Shown: positions 25,101 to 36,609, counted from the first letter of the stretch. The stretch is 64,000 bases of DNA from Mizuhopecten yessoensis (GCF_002113885.1 NW_018405506.1:1522199-1586198); one strand, 5' to 3'. Made by a program: numbers and translations. The notes: generated from the sequence alone by a model not told the origin.

Positions 25101-28100
25101 ACTTCATTGTTCCTTAAGAAGTCTTACGGTAAGCTTTATGATTCTCCTGTTATCGTTCATACCGAACAGGACTCATTGGTGTGGTCCATATGGCGTAATC
25201 CTATTGATAAGTGTTTTGATGCTTTAACAGGTTCGTTATGACAGGAAGATAGCTCATGAAACTCTTAAATAATGCATGACGCGATACATGACTGCCAGGT
25301 TTATTACACACTATAGTTCGTCGTTGCTGCAAAAGTGTACAATTAGAACAGAAAGTGGATAGCTATCAGTCCTACATTACAAATAGTATTTTAGAACTAT
25401 TGCAAGGTGGCCAGCATTATACTATGTTAGTAGCAATATATTAATGTATTCAGACAATTATAATTGGAGAGACTCACTTTCATTTGAAAGCTAACGATAT
25501 ATTCCAGGCGCTGGCTATCACCTGGTCACCGTAAAGACAAAGGACTGTGATGTATCCAAGGTGACCAGCCTCATACAGAGTCACATTCCTAAGGCCTTCG
25601 TGGAAAGTGATATAAGTGCAGAGTTGTCGTTTCTGTTGCCATTCGACGAGTCTGCAAAATTCGTGAAACTGTTCGAAGAACTGGAGGTCAAAGCGTCGTC
25701 ACTGGGACTCAGCAGTTTTGGTATATCCGCCACTACAATGGAGGAGGTGTTCCTGAAGTAAGTATACGTTATTATATAGGAGAAGGTGTTCCTGAAGTAA
25801 GTATACGTTACTACAAAAGAGGAGGTGTTCCTGAAGTAAGTATACGTTACTACAATGGAGGAGGTGTTCCTGAAGTAAGTATGCGCTACTTATATTGGAG
25901 AAGGTGTTCCTGAAGTAGGTATCCGTTATTATATAGGAGGTGTTCCTCAAGTAAGTATCCGTTATTATATAGGAGAAGGTGTTCCTGAAGTAAGTATCCG
26001 TTACTACATAAGAGGAGGTGTTCCTGAAGTAGGTATCCTTTATTATATAGGAGGAGGTGTTCCTCAAGTAAGTATCCGTTATTATATAGGAGGAGGTGTT
26101 CCTGAAGTAAGTATCCGTTACTACATAAGAGAAGGTGTTCCTGAAGTAAGTATGCGTTACTACATAAGAGGAGGTGTTCCTCAAGTAAGTATCCGTTATT
26201 ATATAGGAGGAGGTGTTCCTGAAGTAAGTATCCGTTACTACATAAGAGAAGGTGTTCCTGAAGTAAGCACCCGTTACTTCATTAGCGAAGGTGTTCCTGA
26301 AGTAAGTATCCGTTATTACATAGGAAGAAGTGTTCTTGAAGTGAGTATACGTTACTACATAAGAGGAGGTGTTCCTCAAGTAAGTATCCGTTATTATATA
26401 GGAGGAGGTGTTCCTGAAGTAAGTATCCGTTACTACATAAGAGAAGGTGTTCCTGAAGTAAGCATCCGTTACTTCATAAGAGAAGGTGTTCCTGAAGTAA
26501 GTATCCGTTAATATAACTGAGAGTTGTTTCTCAAGTAGGTTTTAGCAAGTTAGCAAAGGAGAAACGTAGCAAGAGACTGAGCAACATGAATGGAACATAT
26601 GACATGTATAACAATGCTGACACAATAATAACTGTTCTAAACTATAACAATGTAGCACATAGCACATAATAACTATACATCAAGCTGGTACAACTAACCG
26701 ATCAATGTACTAAACTGTGTCAATGTACTAAACTGTGTCAATGTACTAAACTGTGCCAATGTACTAAACTGTGTCAATGTACTAAACTATGTCAATGTAC
26801 TAAACTGTGCACCCTACTGGCTAAACTAGAATGTGTATTCGACAGGGTCGGAGAAGGGGCCAGTAATGAAGACGATGACGAGGAGGAAGCCCTGGATAAA
26901 TCTGAATCTGCCAATGGTATCGGGCATAACGATCACAAGCCTGTCGTCATCAACAACGCATTTCTTCTTGACGAAAAGAGGAAAGATAGCCCGAACGGAA
27001 CAATGGACGTAACCACACAACCAGGGACGTCTACAGGTACGGCGTGCTGTTACTCGTGTTATAACACATGTACATGTTATTGCTGCTGTAATACTAAAGA
27101 TACATCTATTACTACTTTTGTTATGGTAATTAGCCATTTTTGGCCCTTACAAATATGTGTATTAATTTGTATCTATAACTATAAGCACTGGTGTCATGGT
27201 AATGAAGTTGTATCTAAAAATATGAGCGGTGTTGCTATAGTAATGAACCTGTATATATTTGATTGTTATAATGATGCACCTACATTTGTAATTTTGAGCA
27301 CTTTTATAATACGCATAAACTGATATCTAAGTCTTATCAACGTTATAAACTATAGTAAAATATCTTTACCTACAGTTGAGAGCAATGTACAAGAGTAATG
27401 AACGTTTATTTATGGTTTTCGGCACTTAGTAATGCAAAAGTAATAAAACGTTGACTCTGTATTAAATAAATGGCATTTTATAGTTTTAACCTTTGGCCCT
27501 GCTCTCGTGAATAATATTATGGTTATGGCCCATGTGCATTTATAGTTGTTATTGATGTTGTCATAGTAATAAACATTGCCAATAGTGAACAATTTCATGT
27601 ACAATTAATGTACATCTGTATTTACAAATTAAATATAATCTATATTTATGAACGTTGCTAGTATGGTAACGAACCCTGCACATAGAAGTTGTTTTTCCTT
27701 AAGTTGATTACTATAAGTTATGTACCTGTCATAACAGTTTAGTCACCGGCGTATGTTTAGGGAAAAATGAAAAATANCCACCCCACACACACCCCCCCAC
27801 ACACACACTTTTGCAACCCTGGAAGTCTCAATCGTGTCTTTCCTGTTCTACATATGTTCCTGAGCACCCATTATTTACATAAGGCGTTAGCAGTTAGCCC
27901 CTAAACATTGTAGCGGTCATGTGAGAATTGTCATGATATTGTAAAGATAGATGTTACCTCATTCTTAAAACGTCACTGATTTTTATGAAGTCTGTCTAAC
28001 GATTATAGTGGAAATTTACTCTCTTCCGCTTCCTTATTTACTTGATACATGCAATTCTATTTAAATGGAATTCAAATTGCATTTCGTTTTTAACAAGTGG

Positions 28101-31100
28101 GTGCACAGTTGCCTACACCTTACACATAATTGAATGAAATGCTGTTGATGTTATTCCGTCAAAGGTAACCAGCTATCTAAACATGGGCTATATGAATTTT
28201 CTTCAGGTTCACCGGGTTCAATGAAGAACACTGGTATAAAATGGGCAACCCAGCAGTTTTACGGTATGTTTGTGAAGAAGGCTATTCACAGCTGGAGAAA
28301 TAGAGTTGTGTCTATAGTTCAGCTGTCCCTGCCCGTCGTGTTTGCAATCTTGGCGTTGACGGTAGACCAGACTGCGCCCACTAACGACGATGAGCCGCCT
28401 TTGATCCTAAGTCTGACCCAGTTTGGAACAGGTGCAATACCAATCTACACAGACGGAACATCACCGACAACGGCCTCAACCAGAATCGCAAACCTCTACA
28501 GTAGCTATCTGTCCTCCTTCTCCAAAGAAGACATTGGTACCACGCCATTCGATACATTCACGGTAGAAAAGGCGAACAGTATCGGCGTGGATACTTTTAG
28601 TAACACGTACATCGTTGGTGGCGACTTTGACCAGTCCAACACGTTTACAGCCTACTTCAATGGCGAGCCCTATCATGCACCAGCTATAGCCTTGAGCATT
28701 ATGACAAACACCATGCTCCAAGAATTCGCGACTACAAGTGACTATATAACTACAACCAACCATCCCTTATCACTGACACTAGCAGAAAAAAATGAGAGCG
28801 TTGTTGTTACTGCTCTAGCAACAGGCTTTGTTGTTGCATTTCTTGTGTTGTTTGGAATGGCATTCTTGTCTACCAGTTTCATCATTTTCCTTATAAAGGA
28901 GCGCTCAACGGGAGCAAAACATTTACAGAAGGTTAGTGGTGTAGGCTCCTTCACCTTCTGGTTGTCGAACTATTTATGGGATATAATTAACTACCTGGTT
29001 CCCGTGCTGCTGATACTAATAGTTTTTGCAGCTTTCCAGACTCCTGCCTACGTCAACGACAATCGTCTCGGCATAGTTTTCTTGCTGTTCTTAATATACG
29101 GACTGTGCTGTCTACCATTCGTGTATCTGCTGCATTACCCGTTTAATGTTCCCTCTACAGGCATGGCTGCTATCACCATCATGAACATTTTATCAGGTGC
29201 GTGTACTATCCGCATATCAGTTTTACGTTCCTCTAGCAGAATAAAAGTTGAAAATTATGCCTGTTACTGCATGATATACATATTTTGTTTTATGTTTTCA
29301 AATTTTAAGAAAAAATATAAGGGTAATAATTTTTGGTTTTGTGCTTAAAGGATATACCATGTCTTAACTTTATATGCTATATATTTACTCTCAGTATTAT
29401 ATCAGAAATAAATTGTATAAAATAAATTACCTTACATGTTGCAACAGTAAATACATCTCGGTTTACCACGTAATTGTAGGTTTGGCTACGTTGCTGACAG
29501 TATTTGTACTACAAATACCTGCGTTGGGTGCGGAGAGTGTAGCGGACGGGCTGGACTGGTTCTTTACCATCCTGATTCCGCACTACTGTCTAGGCCAGGG
29601 CCTCAACAATATCTACAACAACTACGCCAACCTACAGACGTGTCTGGATATCAACTACGAGGTTTTGTGTACCTTTAATAACACGCTGCCCTGCTGCTCA
29701 GGTAACTCCACCCAGTCCTTCAGATCATGATCTGTACTCTTTACAAGATACTCTAGCTAGTTTTATACCTAGTGATTTTTACGCTTCACAAGGCACGCCT
29801 TTACCAACATTCTTACACCTACACATAATCACTCTTTATCAGCGGAACCTTCATAACACAGTCGTATACTTACATGTTATTACATATAATACCTCTATCC
29901 CCTACTGAAGTCATTCATCTCTATATGTCGTTATATTCCATACCATCAACGTACTTTCACCTTTGCACTTCACAGAAAAATTCACACACACATATATACC
30001 TGACATTTCATACCTATGATTAAGTAAAACATTGTATGGTAGGTAACAATGCTTAGGATCAGCCAGACGCATCCATAGTTCATATTGTTATGTAACTATT
30101 CGCTTGAGAACGAGGTTGACTACGAGAGTTCAAACATTGTGTTCTTTTATTGTAAATATTTATCCTTTCGACAAGAAACATAGTCAGAGTAAGAAGTATG
30201 TAAACATCATAATGTGCTCTAGCGCTTGGTGTTATTGTCTTACATATGCCTTCGACCAGAACAGTTATTTGCCACATTTCTGTTTAACTTACGCTTAAGA
30301 TAGTACTTGCATTAAAATGTGGTTTATTTTGCAGGATGCACGAGCACTTGTTACGAATTCACTACCGACTACTTTGCTTGGAAGTCTCCGGGCATCCTCC
30401 GTTACATCATCTTCATGCTGCTTCAGACTTGTCTTTTTATAACTATCGTGCTCATGATAGAATATGGCGTTATCAACCGACTGGCTTACTTTGTTTCAAA
30501 TCGGTCAAATGTGGTCAATCCGAACGAGGAAGAGCTAATTGACGGCAGCGATCCGGAGGATAGTGATGTTATGGAGGAACGAAAGAGGATCCGCGACACA
30601 CCCTTGGAAACACTCATGGAAACCGACGCCCTTATCATAGACAATATAGCGAAGACATACGGCAGCTTACGGGCTGTAAAGGGCATCAGTGTGGGTGTGG
30701 GAACCCAGGAGTGTTTCGGTTTGCTAGGACAAAATGGCGCAGGGAAGACCACCACTTTTAAGATGATGACTGGTGATGTGTTTGTAAGCAACGGTAACGC
30801 GTATCTCAACAAGTATGATGTTAAACAACATTTGAACCAGGTAAGTCTTTAATACAAAGTGTGCTATCCTAATCTTCAAGAAATAATGAAATGCTGTGCT
30901 GAGTGTCTTCGGGATAGTATTTCAGTAAGATAGCACTCTAAAGTCGGCATCAGATACGCGTTATTGTAAGGAGGCAATACATCAACATACCCTGCCTCCA
31001 ACACAAATACACTATACACACAAGCACGCAGATTTTACAAATAAGGAGACACGTCTTTAAATAGCCTAAGGACGTAACAAAATAAAATAAACCAACCATG

Positions 31101-34100
31101 AAATAATGGCGGATTTCCTACAGGATGTTATAGTGATTTAAAAAGATTATGTCAATATGTGATGTGATGCTGATTTGTTAAGTAAAAAACAATGTAGAAC
31201 AAGATAAAGGTAAAACGTAAACGTTAAAAGGATCGGGGTAGTAAACCCCAAAACAGTTTTGTCTCTATGGGATAAGTGTTTGTATTATTTATAAAAGGTT
31301 GTAAGGCTCAATAAACGTTGCCATAAGATATCGAAATCAATCAAGCGAAACGGAAGGACAAACGTGAAACTGCTTTTATTGGCATAAACTCTTGTTCTTT
31401 CGAACAGCTGCATTCATTCTAAACACACCACAACAGCCTACTGACGTAATGGGTTCCCTAGCGCAAACGTGACAAGAAAAGAATATGAAACGATTTTAAA
31501 AGATAATACAATATACAAATTACAGATGGACAAAACCTCAAAAAGACAGTAGAAGGATAGGAAAACTTTTCATATCGCATATTCAACTATTGACAAATAT
31601 TTTACTTTAATTTTACAGGTTCAGCAGAATCTCGGCTATTGTCCGCAGTTTGATGCCCTGATTGACCAGATGACTGGTCGAGAGACGCTGACCATGTACG
31701 CTAGACTCCGAGGGGTTCCAGAAGAACAAATCAAGACTACCGTCAATGATCTGATCGATACAATGATGCTTAGGAAGCACGCAGATAAAAGCTGTGAAGT
31801 TTACAGGTACGATAAAAACTCTCATGATTACATGTACGTTTGAAATATCTTTTTTACAGGTACGATTAACAATCATGATTACAGGTACGATAAAAACTCT
31901 CATGATTACAGTGACGATAAACATTCTCGTGATTACAGGTACGATAAACACTCTCATGATTACAGGTACGATAAACACTCTCATAATTACAGGTACGATA
32001 AACACTCTCATGATTACAGTAACGATAAACACTCTCATGATTACAGGTAAGATAAACACTTTCATGATTACAGTAACGATAAACACTCTCATGATTACAG
32101 TGACGATAAACATTCTCGTGATTACAGGTACGATAAACACTCTCATGATTACAGTAACGATAAACACTCTCATGATTACAGGTACGATAAACACTCTCAT
32201 GATTACAGGTACGATAAACGCTCTCATGATTACAGTAACGATAAACACTCTCATGATTACAGGTACGATAAACACTCTCATGTTTACAGTAATGATAAAC
32301 ACTCTAATGATTACAGGTAAGATAAACGCTCTCATGATTACAGGTACGATAAACACTCTCATGATTACAGATACGATAAAAATTCTCGTGACTACAGGCA
32401 CGTTAAAAACTCTCGTGATTACAGGTCCGTAAACAATTCACGATTACAGGTACGTTAAAACGCCCATGGTAACAGGTACGTTGAAAACTCCTGTTTACAG
32501 GTACGGTAAATACTCACGTTTACAGGAACGTTAAAACTCTCGTGATAACAGGTACGTTGAAAACTCACGTTTAGAGGTACGATAAATACTCACGTGTACA
32601 GGTACGATAAAAAACTGTCATGTTTACATGTTTTTGTTTTTTTGAGGTTTTTTGACTCTGTGCAATTAAGTCATATAACAGTAGGTTTTTATGCCAGGTT
32701 TCATTCTACACGGTATTTTGAAATATATAATGACATATCTGTTTAATATCTGCTAATAAAATATGTCAATGCCTTAAACACATATAACTTTGGGTTACGT
32801 GTCAAGTTTTATTCTACACGGGATTTTTAAATATCTAATGGCATAGTCTGCTAATAAACATGTCTATGCATTTAACACATATGCGATTATAAATTTGTTT
32901 TTTACACAAACAGAATTAAAACAAAACAAATTGCGAGCTTTCGTAACGTGCTTCCTTTGCCAGGCGAAGAGCACTAATGAGCAGACGATCGGTAGTATGG
33001 TCAACTACAACTGAAAACAACTCACCAAGCAACGAGGGAATGCAGTCAGCTGTCAAAATATTATCGAGATGCATATAATTTCAAAGTCTGATACACTTCA
33101 AATTGAAGTTTTATATGTTCACTTCATTCGTCATTCAAACTTCTTTCTGTTTTCACTTTTTGTCAAATAAATACGGTAATGTTGGCCGCCGGGTTCCATT
33201 ATATGACCAAACTCCTTAATCGAACAGTGAATATAGGGTTACTTCTTTGAAATATAACAAACTTGAAGACGTTACATTGATGAATTAAGATAGTGACATT
33301 TTAGGTTGTAAAAAGTATTTGTGCACTTTTATTTGAAGATCATCCCCCTCTACCAAAAATATCTTTCGAGTGTAATGTCCTGTAAAGTTATACTGTTGGT
33401 GTAAAGTGTCTCTTGATCACTTACAGCGGGGGAAATAAAAGGAAGTTGAGTACAGCCATCGCTTTGATCGGAGATCCGCCATTTGTATTTCTGGATGAGC
33501 CCACGACAGGAATGGATCCTGGCGCTCGACGAAAGCTCTGGAATGTGCTCTCTGATGTCAGAGCAAGTGGAAGGACGCTAGTGATGACGTCACATAGGTA
33601 ATACTTATATAAAATTTTATCTTTACATATTATTTGTACATATATATAGCGCTTTGCGTGTAAAATGTCAATCGGATGATTTTCTACAACAATTATAACT
33701 GAATATCATAAAACCATTTCATTAATTTCAGTATGGAGGAATGTGATGCACTTTGTACCAAGATTGTCATCATGGTCAATGGGAAATTTGTCTGTCTGGG
33801 AAGTCCACAGCACCTCAAGAACAAGTTTGGACAGGGTTACACGTTGATAATACGGATAAGCGGAAGTGCAGGAGAAGTGGTACCCTCTGACCCCATCAAA
33901 AACTACGTTATGGAAACGTTCCCCAAAGCAGAAGTGTTCGGGAATCACCAAGGCTACTTACATTTTCAAATTCCAGACGCTAACATCCCGTTGGCTAGAG
34001 TGTTTGAAGCTATGGAACAGGTGAAGGACCAGTTCGACATTGAAGACTATTCTGTGAACCAGACTACACTTGAGCAGGTGTTCCTCGGATTCACTAGGAA

Positions 34101-34161
34101 CCAGTCAACACCGTCAAACAGCGGCAGAATGATTCGATGTTGTGGAATACGTTTTTGTTAA
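9824..34161 (+). CDS. ABCA3: ABCA3-like full transporter copy B, complete, 19 coding exons, ~1710 aa
   Basis: N-terminus [15 protein letters not shown] matches the ABCA consensus. NBD1: [30 protein letters not shown]2: [17 protein letters not shown]. Exons join in frame to 5133 nt with GT-AG introns. Confidence 0.93.
11140..12095. repeat. 32-bp minisatellite, ~29 copies, intron 1
   Basis: Unit cccaatacaatttgccagcagtggtgacttaa; ORFs 11257-11686 are repeat artefacts. Confidence 0.95.
12137..12232 (+). repeat. ~95-bp interspersed repeat, second copy at ~15793-15888
   Basis: gatggaaagactcgtataatcccg...gagtgattacaacggaac is present twice. Confidence 0.8.
12296..12731. mobile_element. MITE-like element
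   Basis: Imperfect TIRs atataacgaatttgtcaccct / agggtgacaataagttatat. Confidence 0.5.
12878..13123 (+). CDS. ABCA3: ABCA copy B exon 2
   Basis: ccatag|TG; VWAAVEF...VKYSLR; donor T|gtgagt. Confidence 0.85.
13250..13535. repeat. Degenerate ~43-bp tandem repeat interrupted by a ~53-bp hairpin element (13368-13420)
   Basis: tatccatcaggtatctg...cacgtggtaagctaccatgacg repeats; hairpin atcttcgctagccaagtgttcg / cgaacacttggctagcgatgat. Confidence 0.7.
13714..15560. mobile_element. Solo-LTR-like element (Gypsy-type termini), 1847 bp
   Basis: Begins TGTGAC, ends GTCACA, flanked by 4-bp TSD ATAA; no coding capacity. Confidence 0.65.
14755..14787 (-). ncRNA. Minimal type I hammerhead ribozyme motif (Penelope-type)
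   Basis: Minus strand UCC-CUGACGA-AG-GGC-UAAG-GCC-GAAA-GC-UU-GGA: intact core boxes, stem I UCC/GGA, stem II GGC/GCC, palindromic AAGCUU in place of stem III. Confidence 0.7.
17739..19042. repeat. 31-bp minisatellite, ~40 copies, intron 2
   Basis: Unit attcctgagaggtctaacagaggctatgtaa; homogeneous core, degenerate 3' edge. Confidence 0.95.
20075..20328 (+). CDS. ABCA3: ABCA copy B exon 3
   Basis: tttcag|AC; [17 protein letters not shown]...[10 protein letters not shown]; not fully captured by the ORF track. Confidence 0.88.
20441..20628. mobile_element. Palindromic MITE (~188 bp), copy 1
   Basis: TIR attccgtctttgcgtattgcagagttatcttctctt / aagagaagataactctgcaatacgcaaagacggaat; second copy at 49678. 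Confidence 0.85.
21266..21503 (+). CDS. ABCA3: ABCA copy B exon 4
   Basis: ttacag|GAG; ESMKLMGM...YWLSWF; donor G|gtaata. Confidence 0.9.
21907..22080 (+). CDS. ABCA3: ABCA copy B exon 5
   Basis: [13 protein letters not shown]...YEGTG. Confidence 0.88.
22648..22829 (+). CDS. ABCA3: ABCA copy B exon 6
   Basis: GAQWSN...[21 protein letters not shown]. Confidence 0.9.
23368..23499 (+). CDS. ABCA3: ABCA copy B exon 7
   Basis: KTYWCG...FEPDP...HLRK. Confidence 0.88.
23664..23793 (+). CDS. ABCA3: ABCA copy B exon 8 (NBD1 Walker A)
   Basis: [12 protein letters not shown]...[18 protein letters not shown]; absent from the ORF track. Confidence 0.9.
23772..23985. repeat. Degenerate ~49-bp tandem repeat spanning the exon 8 donor, ~4 copies
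   Basis: accactatgtctatgattacag|gtacgtgaaactcatgcgcacccatat followed by copies ~70% similar by eye. Confidence 0.6.
24071..24225 (+). CDS. ABCA3: ABCA copy B exon 9
   Basis: GFIPPTSG...[11 protein letters not shown]...EHLWFFAK. Confidence 0.9.
24382..24537 (+). CDS. ABCA3: ABCA copy B exon 10 (NBD1 signature)
   Basis: [17 protein letters not shown]. Confidence 0.9.
24918..25128 (+). CDS. ABCA3: ABCA copy B exon 11 (Walker B, H-loop)
   Basis: [13 protein letters not shown]...[14 protein letters not shown]. Confidence 0.92.
25508..25757 (+). CDS. ABCA3: ABCA copy B exon 12 (R1 domain)
   Basis: GAGYHL...TTMEEVFLK; donor AA|gtaagt. Confidence 0.9.
25732..26510. repeat. 39-bp tandem array containing the exon 12 end and 5' splice site, ~20 copies
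   Basis: Unit actacaatggaggaggtgttcctgaa|gtaagtatacgtt; ORFs 25699-26379 and 26152-26511 are artefacts. Confidence 0.95.
26702..26810. repeat. 18-bp tandem repeat, 6 copies
   Basis: (tcaatgtactaaactgtg)n ending ~35 bp before the exon 13 acceptor. Confidence 0.9.
26846..27036 (+). CDS. ABCA3: ABCA copy B exon 13 (acidic linker)
   Basis: gacag|G; [15 protein letters not shown]...; phase fits neighbours. Confidence 0.8.
28207..29196 (+). CDS. ABCA3: ABCA copy B exon 14 (TMD2/ECD2)
   Basis: ttttcttcag|GT; [13 protein letters not shown]...[12 protein letters not shown]; an in-frame alternative acceptor exists at 28165. Confidence 0.88.
29480..29701 (+). CDS. ABCA3: ABCA copy B exon 15
   Basis: [11 protein letters not shown]...PHYCLGQG. 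Confidence 0.9.
30335..30840 (+). CDS. ABCA3: ABCA copy B exon 16 (NBD2 Walker A)
   Basis: [17 protein letters not shown]. Confidence 0.92.
30890..31098 (+). mobile_element. Probable SINE 3' fragment
   Basis: tttcagtaagatagcactctaaag core-like block and A-rich/aacc tail; recognised by eye only. Confidence 0.35.
31619..31806 (+). CDS. ABCA3: ABCA copy B exon 17
   Basis: [12 protein letters not shown]...CEVY; donor AG|gtacga. Confidence 0.9.
31801..32630. repeat. 27-bp tandem array containing the exon 17 donor, ~30 copies
   Basis: Unit ttacag|gtacgataaacactctcatga; ORFs 31613-32401 and 31794-32432 are artefacts. Confidence 0.95.
33427..33597 (+). CDS. ABCA3: ABCA copy B exon 18
   Basis: SGGNKRKLS...[11 protein letters not shown]...TSH. 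Confidence 0.92.
33732..34161 (+). CDS. ABCA3: ABCA copy B exon 19 (last coding)
   Basis: SMEECDALC...TTLEQVFL...RCCGIRFC-stop. Confidence 0.92.
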
Positions 34162-35706
34162 GTAGAAGACTCTATGTATAGATTTAAACAAACATGACTT
34201 ATTTACATGATTGTGGCGTCTTATTTACACGATTGTGGCGTGTTGTCAGATACTTTGTTCGGAAACATTTATAAGTGTAGGAGGGATTCAGGTACCTGTA
34301 GAAAGTATGAATGTGTGCACGTGGAAAACTTGTAATGGCTGCTGAGGCGTATCAATGTTTAACTTTTAAAGTGACATTTGTCAAGTGTAGATGTGTACTA
34401 CAGGACATGTATGTTACACATGTGATACTATTTCTATGATAAGTACTGATAAAGACGATGGTAGTACTATCAAACTAGAAACAGTTATCCAGCATGATGT
34501 TACTGCTCTTGTCGTTATCAGTATTCTATTGCTAGAAAATGATGTTCTTTGTTAACAATTTTACCTGGATCAATTTTCCCCGCGTTTCTGCGATATTTTG
34601 TGGTGCCCATACAGACGGTGGTCGCTGACAGTTGAAATTGATATGAGATTCAACAGCTACAAGATCATAAACTACATGTTTTTACTTCCTGTTTGACAAC
34701 GGGAACAATCAATATTTATTGACGCTTAATAGTTAATTGTTTGTTTTAGTTTGAAGTGTGAGCTAAATGGAATGGAAATATTATGATGAATGGTTAACCA
34801 ACAATTATTTTTCACGAAACATGAAATAAGTAAGATTTGTGTGTGACTATTTAGCTTGCACAGACCGGAAATTGTAGTCGCTTTCCAGTTGTAACATTTC
34901 GTCACCAGTATTATTTTCCCTTTAAATACCAAACTGCTTATTTTCTTATGAAGCCCTTTTTAATTGAAACATGACTTTCGTTTTGTAAGTGTCAATCGTT
35001 TACCATTACACGATAGGATAGACGCACACCACATGTGTTTTTAACACACGTAGATCCCGTTTAATGCAGTCAGCCTGTTTTATGGTCATGAATACTTTTA
35101 ACGTTTTCCTGTATTTGTACAGTATTACATCGTGCGTTCTAATTAAGCCTCGAATTAGAAACTGCATCACGTGAAGTTCATATTATCTCAGTATGTTGCA
35201 GAATCGCTATGACAGCAAGACTCGTCTGTTACTGTATTTTGTTATGGGCATAATACTTTATAAAGTCTATATTTTTACTTATTATCAACTGTGATGATTG
35301 GTGTCATACACACCAGCTTGAAATACCTGTGATATTTCTCGTATTGTTCTTTTTAGAACCGTAGGTATATGGACTGGGACATTTACAAAGAGTTTTCCTT
35401 ATAATCTATACTTATGGTTTATTTACATGTATTTACTTTACTTATTGTTTAAAGTATTATTAAGCCGACATGAAAATTATGATCGCGACAATAAAGATAG
35501 ATATGAAAAGAGAAAGAGAGGTTTACAGAATATCGATGTTTTTTTTTTAAATATTTGACATGAAGGGCAAACTTCTGATTTTCTGTTATATTATTCCGTC
35601 CAATTAACTTAGCTGATATAAAAGTTTAAATGCATAAGTATGATTTTATCATACTTATCATTATTATCACGTATTGGGTAAGGAGGGAACATATACATAT
35701 AAACAG

Positions 35707-35749
35707 TCCGTCCTGATGAAGCCCTAGTAGGCAGAAAGGCCTAGCGGTA
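35707..35749 (+). ncRNA. Degenerate minimal hammerhead motif (Penelope-type remnant)
   Basis: ccgtc-CTGATGA-a-gcc-ctagta-ggc-a-GAAA-ggcc-TA-gcgg; stem I is imperfect. Confidence 0.45.
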
Positions 35750-36609
35750 GATCTTACATATCTATTATTTTATTCATATATATAGGAGTTATTATTGTGC
35801 AATTTGTACAACAAATGAACTTTATGTTTATCTTGTAACATAGACAGGTCCTGTACGGGCAGATATAGGTAGTCCCATAACAATTCCTGCAATCGGTTTT
35901 ATGTCTTTTTTGCAAGAAGATTGCTGTGAAATTTAAATCAATTTAATCATGTCATTATTATGTTTAATTAAGTTGCTATAATATGATTATTTTTATGGTG
36001 TTTTATTTTGAAGAAAACTTCAATCATTTTAATGCATTTTACTTTTTGTAGAACGGATTTGAACATGATCTCTCAATTTAGCATTAAAACTAACATAACA
36101 CCTATGTATAACGACCAATGCCAACAGATTTGTATTTGATTGAATTTACGAAACGTCTTGCCACTACAGTTGAACTGAATGGTGCAAATGTCACAATAGA
36201 TCGTAAACTGACCAACACTATCAAACTAAGCCACATTCTGTTGCTGAAAATATATCTTTTCGATGAAAACAAAAATGATTTACCACTGATCATAGTGAGC
36301 ACGTGTGTTTTTTTCAGAGCAGGTCTAAACTTAACATATATCCATGTAAGATCAAATGCGTCAGAGCAAAGAAAAATAATACTTCGAAGGGAAATGGGGA
36401 TATGCCCTTATGTCTCCTTTTCATACCTTCATCATCATCCTTTGCCACTTCGAAAACTGGTTCCTTAGAAAGGACGGTTTAATGGTATATTTGGAAGATG
36501 ATAGACATACAGCTGCTGTCCTCCATTCAATTGTCGATAACCCATACTCAATGTCCTCCAAAACTGTCCTCCGTCCCTTTCATAAAACAAAATCATAATT
36601 TATTTTCAC

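Noticed and set aside
26702-26810. Multiplied branch point (tactaaac) near the exon 13 acceptor
   Set aside because: It does not match yUnAy exactly; kept only as a simple repeat.
27376-27400. Microexon after ctttacctacag in ABCA intron 13
   Set aside because: No phase-compatible strong donor before an in-frame TAA, and exons 13 and 14 already join in frame.
25699-32432. Long repetitive ORFs (226, 119, 262 and 212 aa)
   Set aside because: Products of 39- and 27-nt tandem units that lack stops in some frames; they lie inside ABCA introns.
36102-36598. Short ORFs as an extra gene or transposase
   Set aside because: No recognisable motif or splice-consistent structure; possibly decayed TE, but not supportable by eye.
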